Origin: Eukaryota sp. TZLM1-RC | Lineage: Eukaryota; Protista; Metamonada: BaSk clade | Length of the DNA: 64,000 bases | Assembly (NCBI GenBank): GCA_040285825.1 | Contig: JAUPSS010000002.1 | Coordinates: 2,666,001-2,730,000, forward strand | Reading direction: 5' to 3' | Notes under the pieces: model-generated | Told to the model about the DNA's origin: nothing | What the model saw: the letters and a program-made list of their open reading frames with translations, nothing else | Databases searched by the model: none | Part shown: positions 23,640-35,211 of the stretch, in pieces | How the letters are laid out: every line of letters begins with the position of its first letter | Position numbering within the stretch: position 1 is the first letter of the stretch | Position numbers and translations under genes: made by a program

Positions 23640-24660
23640 TTTAGTCTCAACTAGGATTATTGAAGGTGAAGATGAAATTCACCTTGGGCAATCATGTTTG
23701 AAATTGGTCCTTATTCAGTTAAGATTCACCTTAATTTGGAAATTTTTTCATCTAATGACATTGAAAAAGAAAAATTTTACGTTTGGATTTTGATGTTAGA
23801 CTTGGTTTGGCCAAGAAAAAGAATCCCACTTTTGCAAATCTTTTACAAGATATGTGTGACAGTACTTCCTCTGCCTTAGTAACAACAATTCCTCAAGTTT
23901 ATGGTACTCTCATGACTGATTCTGCTTGGACTTTGAATATGAGACTTCATTCCTTTATCTGGATTGATAATTTGCCTCATAATGTAATTTGGACATGTTC
24001 ACGAAAAATTACAATTACTGATTTTTTTAATTGTAAACATTTTATTACTTTTAGAAGCAAGGTTCACGATGCAGTCAGAGAACAATTAGATTGTTTGTGT
24101 AAGTCTTATAGAATTGAATCTTTTTGGAATCTATGTTGTCAAATCTGTCTGAGGCTGAAGATGATTTTCATAAGAATAATAGAGGTGATGTCATATTACC
24201 TGGATTGGATGGAACCTTTATTTTGTTGGATGTAATGTCCGTTGATCCTTGTAATGCCTCAAATGAAAGGTTTGCTGATTCTGAAATTCGTAATCCTCCT
24301 TCAAATGCTGAAAATGTTAAAATAAAAAAATAAAATGAACCTTTGTCCCAATTGTCCAGCCAACAGCATGTAAAATACCATTTGGATCCATTTGTTTTTT
24401 CTCTATTTGGATCACTTGCTCCCACAGCTATACGTTCCTTGACAGATTTTGAAATGATTTTAACGAGAAGAACTAACAGAAATTTCCACAGATTGTTTTG
24501 GCAAAAATAGAATTGCGTTTTCTATTTTCAAGGGAATGTTGAAGATGGTTTCTGATGCTGTGCTTTCTCTTGGATCTGACTATGAGAGAGCTGCATCTAT
24601 TTGTTTCGTTTTGGGATAGATGGATTTTTTAGGTTGATTTATAAGTTTTCTGATAAATAA
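23640..24660 (+). mobile_element. Degenerate 5'-truncated RLE non-LTR retrotransposon, family 2
   Basis: NCKHFITFRSKVHDAVR, RGDVILPG, LDVMSVD; homologous to 60319-61266. Confidence 0.8.
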
Positions 24661-24814
24661 ATATAATTCAACAAAAGGTTTAGAATGATTTACTCCAACA
24701 ATCACTTATTTTAACAAAGCTCCCGCTGATTCTAAAAGTTGTCAAAAATTAGTATAAAAGTTATATTCCATTTAAAATCTATACAGATTACTTATAATAA
24801 ATACCTAGTCTGTT

Positions 24815-26344
24815 TCACACATTAATACTCTTTCTATGGACCAAAAGCTCATCCTCGACAACGACATCCCCTTCGCTCTCTTCTTCACTAGACCCATCTT
24901 CTCCAATCTCCAGCTCCTCCAATGACTTACCTTCTGCTGAAACACCAAGGAATATCTCACAAACAGAAGCAAACAGAGCACCACCGCCAGCTATAAGATA
25001 ACCATAGTACATGTATTTCCGATCCTTTTGTTCCCTTGTCAAGTCCAATAATCTACCAAAAAGAATGGGACCAATGGCTCCACAAAGGGTTCCTAAAGAG
25101 TACATGAAGGCGATGCTACTGGCTCTAATCTTGGCAGGAAACAACTCTGCTATTGAAAGATAAGCCGAACTAGCAGCAGCAGAAGCAAAGAAAAACACGG
25201 ATACCCAACCAATGGTTTGAGTTGTTGCCGTAAACCAAGAAGTGTAATAAAGATAACCAGTCCCTATCAACAAACCGCCTGCTAGCCCAAATGTAGAGGT
25301 AATTACGAATTTTCTGCCCAGTTTGTCAATGAACGAACCAATAATACTGGAGCCAAGGAAATTGATAACAGAAAACGGAATGAGAAAGTATCCATAGTGT
25401 TCTTCTGGGACACCATATTCGTGCTTCAAAATCTTTGTAAAGGTAGCAAAAATAGAATTAAAAACAAACGCTTGACTAATCATTAAAACAGCACTCAAAA
25501 AAGCTCTTCCCTTGTACGATTTGAATAGTAATCCGACGGTTTGTTTCATTGATGTTTTTCTAGTGTAAACTTTAACAGGGTCTCCTAGATCCTCGAGAAT
25601 GTCGTATTCTTTTAAGCATTTTGATTCAATAAATTTGACAACATCCTCAGCTTGGGAGAACTTCTTTTTTGATAATAGCCAACGAGGTGATTCAGGAATG
25701 TATGAGCGAAGGAAGATGATAAAAATACCAAACACACCGGATAAAAGAAAAGGAATTCGAAACCCATATTTATGAGGGACATACCGTTCATCAAACAATA
25801 TCAGTGAAGCTGCAGCAATTGTAGCAGAACCTAGCCAATAGCATGAGCTAAAGATCATGGAGAGCGCTCCTCTATTCCTAGCGGGTATGAATTCAGAAAG
25901 AGATGACAAACAAAGAATGTATTCACCTCCCAGTGAAAGACCAATGAAGAAAGTGACAATGTTGAACATGAGAATGTTTTTACTAATTGATTGCACGAAC
26001 ATAGAGGTAACAAAAATAGTAGGAAGGAGACGGTATAGGCGTTTCTTACCGATGGCATCAATGAGAGAACCAGCAGAGAGGGAGCCAATAACGCAGGAAA
26101 CGAGATAGATAGAGACAGTGGTTCCAGATTCGGCGTCAGTTAGGTTCCAAAGATCTTCCAAGATGGGGGCTATGGTGTTGAGATGTGAAACTGCTAGTCC
26201 ATCTAGAGTCCATGAAATACCCAGAGCCAGGGCAACAAGAACATGGAATTTTCTGAATGGAAGTCTGTCCATTCGTTTGGGAAGATGAGAGTAGAAGAAG
26301 TCATTAGTAGAGGAAGGACTTGTTAATAGAGAAGAAGTCTCCAT
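24815..26344 (-). CDS. MFS transporter (sugar/organic-ion type, bacterial-like)
   Basis: RMDRLPF..FH...ALGISWTLDG, D.IG(K/R)K, GGEY, PESPRWL, FFASAAASSAYL..AELFP. Confidence 0.9.
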   Translation of the reverse strand: METSSLLTSPSSTNDFFYSHLPKRMDRLPFRKFHVLVALALGISWTLDGLAVSHLNTIAPILEDLWNLTDAESGTTVSIYLVSCVIGSLSAGSLIDAIGKKRLYRLLPTIFVTSMFVQSISKNILMFNIVTFFIGLSLGGEYILCLSSLSEFIPARNRGALSMIFSSCYWLGSATIAAASLILFDERYVPHKYGFRIPFLLSGVFGIFIIFLRSYIPESPRWLLSKKKFSQAEDVVKFIESKCLKEYDILEDLGDPVKVYTRKTSMKQTVGLLFKSYKGRAFLSAVLMISQAFVFNSIFATFTKILKHEYGVPEEHYGYFLIPFSVINFLGSSIIGSFIDKLGRKFVITSTFGLAGGLLIGTGYLYYTSWFTATTQTIGWVSVFFFASAAASSAYLSIAELFPAKIRASSIAFMYSLGTLCGAIGPILFGRLLDLTREQKDRKYMYYGYLIAGGGALFASVCEIFLGVSAEGKSLEELEIGEDGSSEEESEGDVVVEDELLVHRKSINV

Positions 26345-26654
26345 GAGGACAGGTAATTGGATTGATATCCAGGATATCTGTCTGATATTCTTTATTACAA
26401 TTTTTGATCTTTTAAAGATTTATTCATTTTTATTTAAAGAAATATTCCAAAGATTACTGAAGAATTGAATAATCTTTGAATGAAATTGGATTCTGAACTT
26501 TATACATTTTCGTCTTTTGAAGAAAAGAAACATAATAAGTTTTTTATTTTATAAATTTGTTTCTTAGGTAAAATTTCTCACATTTTAAGAACAACTTCTC
26601 CTGGTATTTCACGTGAGGTTTGCCGTTCCATTAACTAATTAAGATTAATAATTT

Positions 26655-27090
26655 TGCATCTTCGATTGATGTCAATCCTGAACTAATTCGAAGTCATGTA
26701 CTTTCAGCATCTATATTTTGTGGAATTAATTTCACTTAATCGTCTATGCTCTGTCAAGCTGTTGTTTCCTTGGCGGAGGGAAAAATTTTGTTTTTGAATT
26801 TTGCAACCGTTTTCCAAATGATGTTGAGTTATTGAATTCTACAAATAATAATTATTTAAGAGGCCTCGAAAATGCTCTTGATTGTTTGCTCCCTGACATT
26901 TGGAGCAAATGCTTTCCCGAAAATGTGCAGGAAATACCACCTACAACACTAGTAATTTTAAGGTATTGTGATAAAAAATTGCAACAAAAATAAACAATAA
27001 TTGTTGAAGTTTTGGATTTTAATGATCGTCTTGGGTCGGCCAAAAATGATAATCCCGCTTTCCCAAATTTTTGTTAGATGCCCAAAACAG
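26655..27090 (+). mobile_element. Internal fragment of RLE non-LTR retrotransposon family 2
   Basis: Nucleotide match to the reverse complement of 16221-16385 plus 14930-15180. Confidence 0.65.
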
Positions 27091-27799
27091 TTCCTCTTTG
27101 AAAAACTGCCAGTCAATTCTTTGTGGCTCCTTCGGGATATGAAGATTTAGTATTGTAAGTTTGTTGTCTAGTTTCTTGTTGCAATAAACTAACATCTACA
27201 ATTATTATTATAATAGTTAATAACTTAAGTTATATGTATTATTGTTTGTTTATATAATTGCAGGAAAAACTTTTGGAGTGTAAACAAATCTTTGTATACA
27301 TATGATGCTATTTTTTTGGCTTTCCTGGATTCACTTCTCCATTGTTTGTGGTTCGACATAAATATTCAATCATATAAGCGAAGCTTCAGCAAGGATACAG
27401 GGAGATGAAGATTTTGCAGAGGATATCTTGGTATACTGAATATCATAGCACTGGATGTAAGTTTACTATGTTAAGTGTTAAAGTTGAATAAACAGCTAGA
27501 ATGGTGTTCAAACTAAAAACATTACATGTTGTTATATTTCTTCTTTATCGATTTAAATAATTCGACAAAAATAATTGATATCAAATAAATTTCCACAAAA
27601 AATCTATCCAGCAGTTTACAGAACAGTTTTGTTGGACGCCAGGGGGAAGAAAAATTAAGTTTGGAATTGGTCGACTAACATCTTACTTCAATCAATTATT
27701 CCAATTTGCTCAATCACAGTTTATGGAATATGCCAAAAAAATGAGTAACAAAGTTGCTTATAGTTGCTGCGGAAATATCAAAACGATGCAAAATGATAT

Positions 27800-27872
27800 T
27801 ACCTTCGCCTGGTCTCGATCCAGGGACCTTGAGGTTATGAGCCTCACACGCTTCCAACTGCGCCACGAAGGA
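27800..27872 (-). tRNA. tRNA-Met (CAT), initiator type
   Basis: Cloverleaf with anticodon loop CTCATAA; T-arm GGATCGAGACC (A54); D-arm TGGCGCAGTTGGAAGCG. Confidence 0.9.
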
Positions 27873-27984
27873 CTGTAATGAATGACGACGCAGTGTTATT
27901 GCAGTGAACAATCACGAATATTGAAGCAAGACTTAATAATTATTCAATTTCGATCTATTTCAATAAACTAAACAAAAAACCTAA

Positions 27985-28550
27985 ACCTCTATCACAAATC
28001 AGCCAAGCAGAATTGATTAAATGTTCTTTCTCTCAAAAACCCGCCCAAGAGACCTTTAAAAATTAAAAATACAATGCTACTGTGCCAGAAAGCCTTAGCA
28101 AATATTCTTTCTGTAAACTGTTTCACAATTTCAACAAAATCATTTAGGAATGACAAACCAACAGGTTCAAGAGAGTCATGTAAGGAAAATGCGAATGGAC
28201 AAAGGATATGAGTTTGAGATTCAGCATTCAAGGAAAGCAACATTGCTTTAAATTGATCAATTTTAGATTTCCCAGCAAAATACAGTTGATTACAATAATT
28301 TGACTGTGCTTAGATTTACAAGAATCATTACACGAATTAGTGGATATTACATCAGTAATGATTGTCGTACCTTCAAGACCTCCAAGCATAAAGTCGCCTC
28401 CTTTTCGACCAAAAGAATTCAAAATATCTTCGTCAACCATCGAGAGAGCATTAGTCCTAAATAGGAAACAATTCTGTGTGATTTTGCCATACAAAACGGT
28501 TCACTTGTTTTTCAATTTTTCACGAAATTGTGGATTTCGACTACAGTGAC
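27985..28550 (-). mobile_element. Degenerate RLE non-LTR retrotransposon 3' fragment
   Basis: FGRKGGDF..GLEG..IITDVIS; PFAFSL...GLSFL...FWHSSIVFLIFKG. Confidence 0.65.
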
Positions 28551-28828
28551 CACAGAAAAAGCATTATCAGGTTACAAAAAATAAATTTAAACTATTGCCA
28601 CTTCATCTTCAGTAATTTCGTGTTGACCAACATCATACACTACTTCATCACTTTTATCCAGTAGTTGTAGGGAATTCCCTACAAGAGGCTTAAGTACAAC
28701 TTCCTATGGTTCCTCTTTTGAGGAATAACAATTGTATACATTTAGCACATTTTCTTGACATAAGTCAGTACAATTGTCAGCATCAGCTTCACTAACAGCA
28801 CAAATAACAGTGTTTAGTTGCTATTCTT

Positions 28829-29170
28829 CTACAATACTATCGACATTGCGGAAAATTTGGCATCGTGTACAGGGTCATTACTGTTGCGTAGAGGACAGGT
28901 CACAGCAATATGGCCGGTCTTATGGCAACAATAACAGGTCTTAACAGCAATATCAGTGTTTCTGGTAAATGAGCGGGTGCTAGAATTATACCAAAATCTA
29001 TTGTAGTCCACAATTTCAACAGTAGCAACTTATAACAATATTTTGACATCAGTTACCAACTGATAATTAATTGGGGACATAGGAGACTCCCCAAGACCTT
29101 TTAAAAAAATTCCAGCAGCAAAGCGTTTCAAAAATACAGCATTCGGAATGGCCTCACTGTCAGCTTGTGT
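28829..29170 (-). pseudogene. gag-like remnant with CCHC knuckle
   Basis: KTCYCCHKTGHIAVTCP; flanking frames broken. Confidence 0.4.
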
Positions 29171-29538
29171 TTTTATCCTCTGAAAGCTTTTATGGTAATC
29201 ATTTATTCTTTCTCTTACAGTAAAGAATATAAGTGTGCAAATTCAATAAATATTACCCTTATAAATTTGAACAGAACAAATTTATATAAAATTTCTTACA
29301 AATACAATCGTTGCTCCATCTGTTGGATCATTTTAAAGTGATAAACATCCAAGCACTTTGAATTGTTTTGCATGTGTGACGTTATTTTCCATCTTAACAA
29401 ATCTTGTACAATGAACAAGGTGTACCAGCTTTCATATTGAAGAGTCTGTTACATATGTTTAATGGTGCATCGAAGAATAAAGTGTAATAATTATATTTCA
29501 CACAAGAAAAACATTAAAAACTAGGACCAAAAACAAAC

Positions 29539-30453
29539 CTATTGCTGCTTACACTGTTCCTGGGCACCTCCTTCTTCATCTGACTCTTCATCACTATCCT
29601 CTTCGTAATCTTCGTCATCTTCGTCATCATCACCAAACATCTCCAAACCACCAAACTCGTCCAATTCACCCAAAAAGGCACTGACAGCCTTTAAACAAAC
29701 AGTTTTCAGGACTTGACCAGTTTCATATTGAACCTCCATTTCCTCTTGGAGACCAGGGCTTTCATCTTCAACGTTAGGGATTTCTGTAAACATTTTAAAG
29801 AAGGTATCCTTAGATAGAATCTCTTCCTTTTTACCTTCTTTCCAGGGGATATCAGAAGTAGCTTCGATTTTGAGAAGGATGTCGTCAGCATCTTCCGACA
29901 TGTAGAATGTTTTGGTTAATGTGCAACTATCAAATAAAGGATTATCACCAAATATGAATTCTATTTTAAAACCAAGATCTTCACCAGTGAGGGTATGATA
30001 ACGGATATCCTTGAGAGCATCAAGGGCAGGAACATCATGATCCTCGATGAGGTTCTCAACGAGAGGAACATTACGTAGAGCAATAGTCCAGAAAGATGGG
30101 ATTCCAGACTTGTGGTCTTCTTCAGGCTTCTCTTCTTCGGACTGTTCCTCTGGGAGTTCTTCTACAGTGTTGAGTTCTGATTTGGCAGCAGCCCAGTCTT
30201 GCTCTGAAGGTTCCACAGCTCCGGATATGATTTCAGAACGCGTTTCCAACAATGGATCGAGCTTTTTTTCGTATTGCGCTTGGAGTTCGGCAAGTGCATG
30301 ACGGAATTCCACCATGACGGCATCAACATCAGTTTGGTTACGTTTTAATGTCTGTAGGGATGCCTTGACAGGAAGAGAAAAGCTTTGCTGAAGTCCAGAT
30401 GAACGTCCAACAAGGTATTGCTGGAGAGCTGCTTGAAAACTAGAAATATCCAT
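29539..30453 (-). CDS. NAP1: Nucleosome assembly protein NAP1 family
   Basis: R.EIISG.VEP, GIPSFW..AL.N, D.PAL..L.DI, F.IEF.F..NP.F, LTKT, I.WKEGK; acidic tail; CKQQ end. Confidence 0.92.
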   Translation of the reverse strand: MDISSFQAALQQYLVGRSSGLQQSFSLPVKASLQTLKRNQTDVDAVMVEFRHALAELQAQYEKKLDPLLETRSEIISGAVEPSEQDWAAAKSELNTVEELPEEQSEEEKPEEDHKSGIPSFWTIALRNVPLVENLIEDHDVPALDALKDIRYHTLTGEDLGFKIEFIFGDNPLFDSCTLTKTFYMSEDADDILLKIEATSDIPWKEGKKEEILSKDTFFKMFTEIPNVEDESPGLQEEMEVQYETGQVLKTVCLKAVSAFLGELDEFGGLEMFGDDDEDDEDYEEDSDEESDEEGGAQEQCKQQ

Positions 30454-30994
30454 AGTGATGGTGAAAGTGAATCACAATTTCGGATTCTTTAAAACAGTGT
30501 TTGAAATTACAAGGGCGTTTCAACACTCTCACCCAGTGAAACAATCAGTGCATAAGGTGCACCAGGTAGCACCTGTGTGGTTTAAATTGGAAACAATGCT
30601 TGAAAGTGTTCTTTTAAATTCAATACACCTACTGAACAATTTATAAATTAACATCTAAATAATGCAACTCTACCAAAACAAAACTAGATACAACACTCCC
30701 ATAGTGAGATCCAAGAGAAAGCAATGCGTTTTTATTGAAAGTGTTGGAAATATTTCTTAATTTAGATTAAGAAACTAAGTAAATAGTATTTAGTAAACAC
30801 TGTTGTGAATGTCATACACATTCGGTGTTGTCTTTATGAATCTTCCTTCTGCGTATTGCACTCACTTAATTGATAAGTTATCATCACCTTGATATTGAAT
30901 TTATAAAATACGTTTAATCAATAACAAATAAACTAACTTTCCATCAAAAATCAACGTGAAATACTGAACTTGCAACATTTGTTAGTCACTGCCC

Positions 30995-31282
30995 ATGGTG
31001 TTAATATTAAATCAATGCCATAAGACCATTCTTACCTCAAAGCATAGTTTGAATTGTATGGAAGCAGAAAAAACAGTTAAAATGATTGGAGTATGTAACG
31101 ATTCAAACCATGTAACAGGCATGAGAAGTCTATCTGCCGAGGACTTTAAAGTTGAAATGATTCAAGGGTATGTGGATTACAGATCATGATGGAAGAACAT
31201 GTAAATGGGGAAGATAGACCAGTATACCTGCAGAAAACCAAGGCTGAAGGTTTAAAAAGGAAGGTATTATGGACAAAATCTT
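30995..31282 (+). pseudogene. Degenerate Fanzor family F C-terminus, left of the C1 insertion
   Basis: EEHVNGEDRPVYLQK; nucleotide match to 18005-18075. Confidence 0.5.
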
Positions 31283-31815
31283 GTTCAGACCAAATCCATA
31301 GCAATTACCACAAGCAGTGAGTGCCAATGTATGATGAACACCTACACTACAAGAAACAATGTTAGAGAAGAAGGGTAACTGGAAATTCTTTCTACCAGTA
31401 GCATGAGGAGGAAAATATCGGGAGAGAACACCAGGTGTTGGAGCGAATTCTGGCGAATTCTGTGAGATGGTACAGATAAGGCAAGAAAATCGTGAAGAGG
31501 GAGGAAGAATACACCGCCAAATCTATCCTCAAAACCAACAAAGAAACGTTCTTTAGACAAAGAAGTATCGTGGACTAATCTGTTGATGATGCTGAGAGCG
31601 TCTTTCATGAGTTACATAGAGTTGAAATTCCAGAAACTTTTACAAAGGATACCTAGTTTATGAACCTAGTTTATGAAGTGAGGGGAAAGTGTGGGAATAG
31701 TGAAAACCTCCCAAAACCAAGTTGAGGGTTAAAAACCTCCCAGAACAGGCAACCAGAAGTCGAAAATGGGGTGACAAGTGTAAAATTTGATAGATGAGCT
31801 CTTTATTCTCACTAC

Positions 31816-33777
31816 ATGACAAACATTCACTCTGTGTCACGTGTATTCACTCGGTCTTGTGCACTTTTTTTTGAACTCGCTGCTGACCCCTGCAGCGGTG
31901 CAACAAATTCGGACTGACCTTCCTGTGGTCACCGAGATTTGTCATGAAGCTTCTTTATTGCTTCAATCTTTTCTTCTAAATTTTCCGTTGGCATCAAGAG
32001 CTTTAGTGGAACAGGATGTATGGTATCTGTTTATGACCGTCATCACCACTGGTTCTTTTCCAAAGCCTTCCACATCTAAAGGCCAACGCCAATTACTCCA
32101 TATCTTTTACAATGGATTTCTTCCTGAATGCCCACAAGACAGGTCTCTTGTTGCTGTGTGGGAAAATTCTTTAGTGCCTTACAGAAATTCATTCAATCTT
32201 TTCCTCAATGATTGGCTGCAGTCCCAGAACTGTAATTTTATCAATAGAAAAGGGCTTTCTCCTTACCTTGCTTGTCGGGCTCGTCAATTGGCCTCCAACG
32301 TGAAGACAAGTTTACCCAAAATTTGTCAATCCTGGACAAAATACTTTATTCGTGCTCATTGTAGAGCCCTGAATAAAACAAATGTCTTTGCAAATAATAT
32401 TCTTTCACTTTTGCCAGATGAACTACTAGCCCAACCCGAGGAAGTAGTAGTTGATTCTGTTCTTGAATACCTCATCAATTTCAATTTGAATAATTCAAGA
32501 GAAAGATTTTTTTTATTGAATGCATGTAGGTTTATCTTGAATCTCCTCCAAAGATTTCCTACCACTGCCTCCCTACTGTCCTCACATGATAAAATCACTT
32601 TTCATCAAAGGAAATTGGTGAGCTTTTTCTCTTCAATCTTAAAATTTCACAATACTTACTCACTTTCTTTTCTCATATGCATTGCTGGAAGAATTTAGAA
32701 TAATACCTTTAGCTTCTCATAAAGGTTCTAAATTTATTGAGGTACCTTCACAAATTTTCCACTCTGTGAAAAAAATTTCCAATTATTGAAGGATCATCTT
32801 CCAAAACAAAGTTTATCAAAAATACATGTCTGAAACGAATATTCAAACAATGTCCTTATCAAAAATTCAATATCAACAGAAAAAGTTTGAAAAATAGATT
32901 TAACAAAATTTTATTGAAAACTAATGGTAATGAACTGCTTTTGACCTTTGAAGGTAAAAATAATGACTCAGAAAACACAGATGAGCTGGATGAACCACCG
33001 AAAAAGAAAAAGAAGATCAAAAATGAAATGAAAAGTGACCCTAATGCCAACAAAACCAGAGAAACACAGTTGAAGGGTACTAAAAAAATTCCCCGTCGAA
33101 GACGTAGACATCCAGTCGAAATTTTACCTGAAAGCCCCCTTATCGGCGTTGATCTTGGCCAATCAAGATTATGTGGTTACTTCTTAAATGATAATCAATG
33201 TGGAGTTATCCCTTGTCCAACTGGCAGAAGATACATGACAAAACCTTCACCCAGTAAACACTCTCCCAACCAATATTCCGTTCAAAATTTCAACCAATAT
33301 TTGAACCATTGGAATTTGGTCAGGAGGAAAGTGTATTTGGAAAGTAATCGCCAGAAATGGAAAATAATTAAATTTGATAACCGCAGACGAAAAGAGAGAC
33401 GGTTCAGAGAGAGTCTCAACAAATTTCAAAGGCTGGCTGGACATCCTGAAAAACTCTATCTTGCTGTGGGTTCTGCTAATTTCCCTTCTCATTGCCGAAA
33501 AGTCAATCGATATGGATCAGCAAGGGCTTTCAGAAAATGGTTGTGTTATCAAAAGGACGTGAAGCACTTGTCAACCAGTGAATTTAATACAAGCAAAATG
33601 TCAAGTTGTTGCATGGCCGAGAATATTCAAGCAGGCTCATGGCAGATGCGTATTTGTACTGAGTGTCAAATAGTATATGACAGAGATATTTCCGCTGCAA
33701 AAAATATTCAAATTAAGAAGAAAGCAGAATTGTGGCCGGAAAGATACATTTGCCCAGAAGCTCTGTTGAGAAGATGA
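31816..33777 (+). CDS. Fanzor1-like RNA-guided nuclease, about 653 aa once 4 single-base homopolymer indels are corrected
   Basis: RuvC GVDLG / SEFNTSK / YDRDISAAKNI; Zn ligands SCC..CTEC; 3 of the 4 indels are corrected by copy 2. Confidence 0.8.
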
Positions 33778-34050
33778 ATGGGGAACCTGAGCATACAGAA
33801 ACAAAAACTTTTGAGACAGATCTACAAATGCCCTAGTAGCATTTGGTAGATCCACTTAGATACATCAAGTCGCGAGGCTTTGTTCTGTGAAAACAGTAGG
33901 TGTATTTAAGTGAGGTAGCCCATTGATGAAGATCATGATTGTCTTTGTCAAATGATGCTACATGTCTCTTACAGCCTGTGAGTAGACACTGAGGGAGTTG
34001 AAAACAGGAGTGAATTTCACAGGGGAATGCATGATAAGTGAAATTCACAG
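33778..34050 (+). ncRNA. Candidate omegaRNA-containing right end of Fanzor C
   Basis: 273 nt conserved in both copies up to the boundary; terminal 11-bp stem GTGAATTTCAC/GTGAAATTCAC. Confidence 0.6.
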
Positions 34051-34133
34051 TATGGAGAAAATCTTCTCAAAAACTCAGTCCCTCAACATTGGTGTAAAAA
34101 GGACACTTATTTCATTGTTATAGATAATATCTG
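34051..34133 (+). mobile_element. Fanzor family F right end (...ATATCTG|TA), 4 nt upstream of the BRO1 gene ATG
   Basis: Match to 17929-18015 (minus strand) and 61327-61376. Confidence 0.7.
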
Positions 34134-34137
34134 TAGA

Positions 34138-35211
34138 ATGATATACTTATTTCGACACCCTTCAACAAAAACCTTGCGTTTTGAAAAGGCCATCCAATCG
34201 AATAAAGAGTTCAAAGGTACCCTAACTGAAATCAGCACAATTCGGGATGGTTTAGTCAGAATCTTACACGATCGACGTCCTGCAGCTGAGATTCTTCAAA
34301 ATATCGATGCTTATCTACCACATCTGGAGGCTATCATGGTCTCATTGAACGCTGAATCTGCCCCTTCTACCACTCGTCATCTATCCCCCACTTGGACCTC
34401 TTGTGTAATGAAGAAATCCCTTCAGTGCTCTATTCAGTCTCTTGCCTACGAAGCAGTCATGGTATACACCCTCCTCGCCTATGCTACCAGCGTTCAAGCT
34501 CATCTAGAACTGTTTGAAGCACACAAGGGAGGAACGTTTGAAATGACACTCCCCTCTGCAGCCAAACTTCTTCTCCGTTCTGCTGGTATTATTAAATCGC
34601 TTGCTCCTCACTACACTTCTCTCTTCAAACTTCCACTTGAACGACCTGTAGAATGTCTTTCTACCTTTGGCGAAGCTTTGATTGCCCTGTTTGAAGCAGA
34701 AGCACAAGCATTAATTGTAGAGAAAGCTGTTAGTGATAAGTCGCCTTTAGTTATCGCCAAGCTTTGTTTTGGTGTTTTTGACAAATGCAATGCTGCACTC
34801 TCTATCTTAAAATCAATGACCTCTGATTATTCTGATTTATCCCCAGATTTTGTTGTTTTTATTGAGGAATTGGGTAATTTTTATCGAGCCAAAGGATTAC
34901 GAAATCAAGCAATGAAAATGTTTAGCAATGACAAGGCCGGAGAAGCTGTTGGTTTACTGAGAGCAGCACGTGATCATATCAATCACATCACGTCACCTCC
35001 TGGGTCAAGAGCTCCTTACTTTGCAGAGATTTTCCAAAATGAAGTAAAAGAAATTGAAAATTTATTGGAGAGATATAATTCTGAATTGACTCTGGTTTAT
35101 TTTCAGTCAGTTGTTCCTATTGAAAATATCATATTAGAAGAATCTTTTGTCATTGTTGAACCTATTGAGTATAAGACTGTTGAACCTGAATTTCAGTCAA
35201 TTCCTGTTTAG
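34138..35211 (+). CDS. BRO1-domain protein (BROX-like)
   Basis: R..L, YLPHL, PTWTS, SLAYEAVMV, AAKLLLRSAGI, AEAQ, GEAVG.LR, N..L.LVYFQ.V. Confidence 0.8.
   Translation: MIYLFRHPSTKTLRFEKAIQSNKEFKGTLTEISTIRDGLVRILHDRRPAAEILQNIDAYLPHLEAIMVSLNAESAPSTTRHLSPTWTSCVMKKSLQCSIQSLAYEAVMVYTLLAYATSVQAHLELFEAHKGGTFEMTLPSAAKLLLRSAGIIKSLAPHYTSLFKLPLERPVECLSTFGEALIALFEAEAQALIVEKAVSDKSPLVIAKLCFGVFDKCNAALSILKSMTSDYSDLSPDFVVFIEELGNFYRAKGLRNQAMKMFSNDKAGEAVGLLRAARDHINHITSPPGSRAPYFAEIFQNEVKEIENLLERYNSELTLVYFQSVVPIENIILEESFVIVEPIEYKTVEPEFQSIPV

Larger units (their letters stand above)
31283..34050 (+). mobile_element. Fanzor element C, copy 1, inserted into a family F right end
   Basis: Flanked by TATGGA(C/G)AAAATCTT at 31268-31282 and 34051-34065; right end ...TTCACAG|TA shared with copy 2. 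Confidence 0.75.

Noticed and set aside
34120-34137. Fanzor right ends acting as splice acceptors (IStron/introner-like removal)
   Set aside because: An AG before the ATG is not conserved at all loci, and no CTNAY branch with A at -7, as in the real introns here, is present; RNA data could reopen this.
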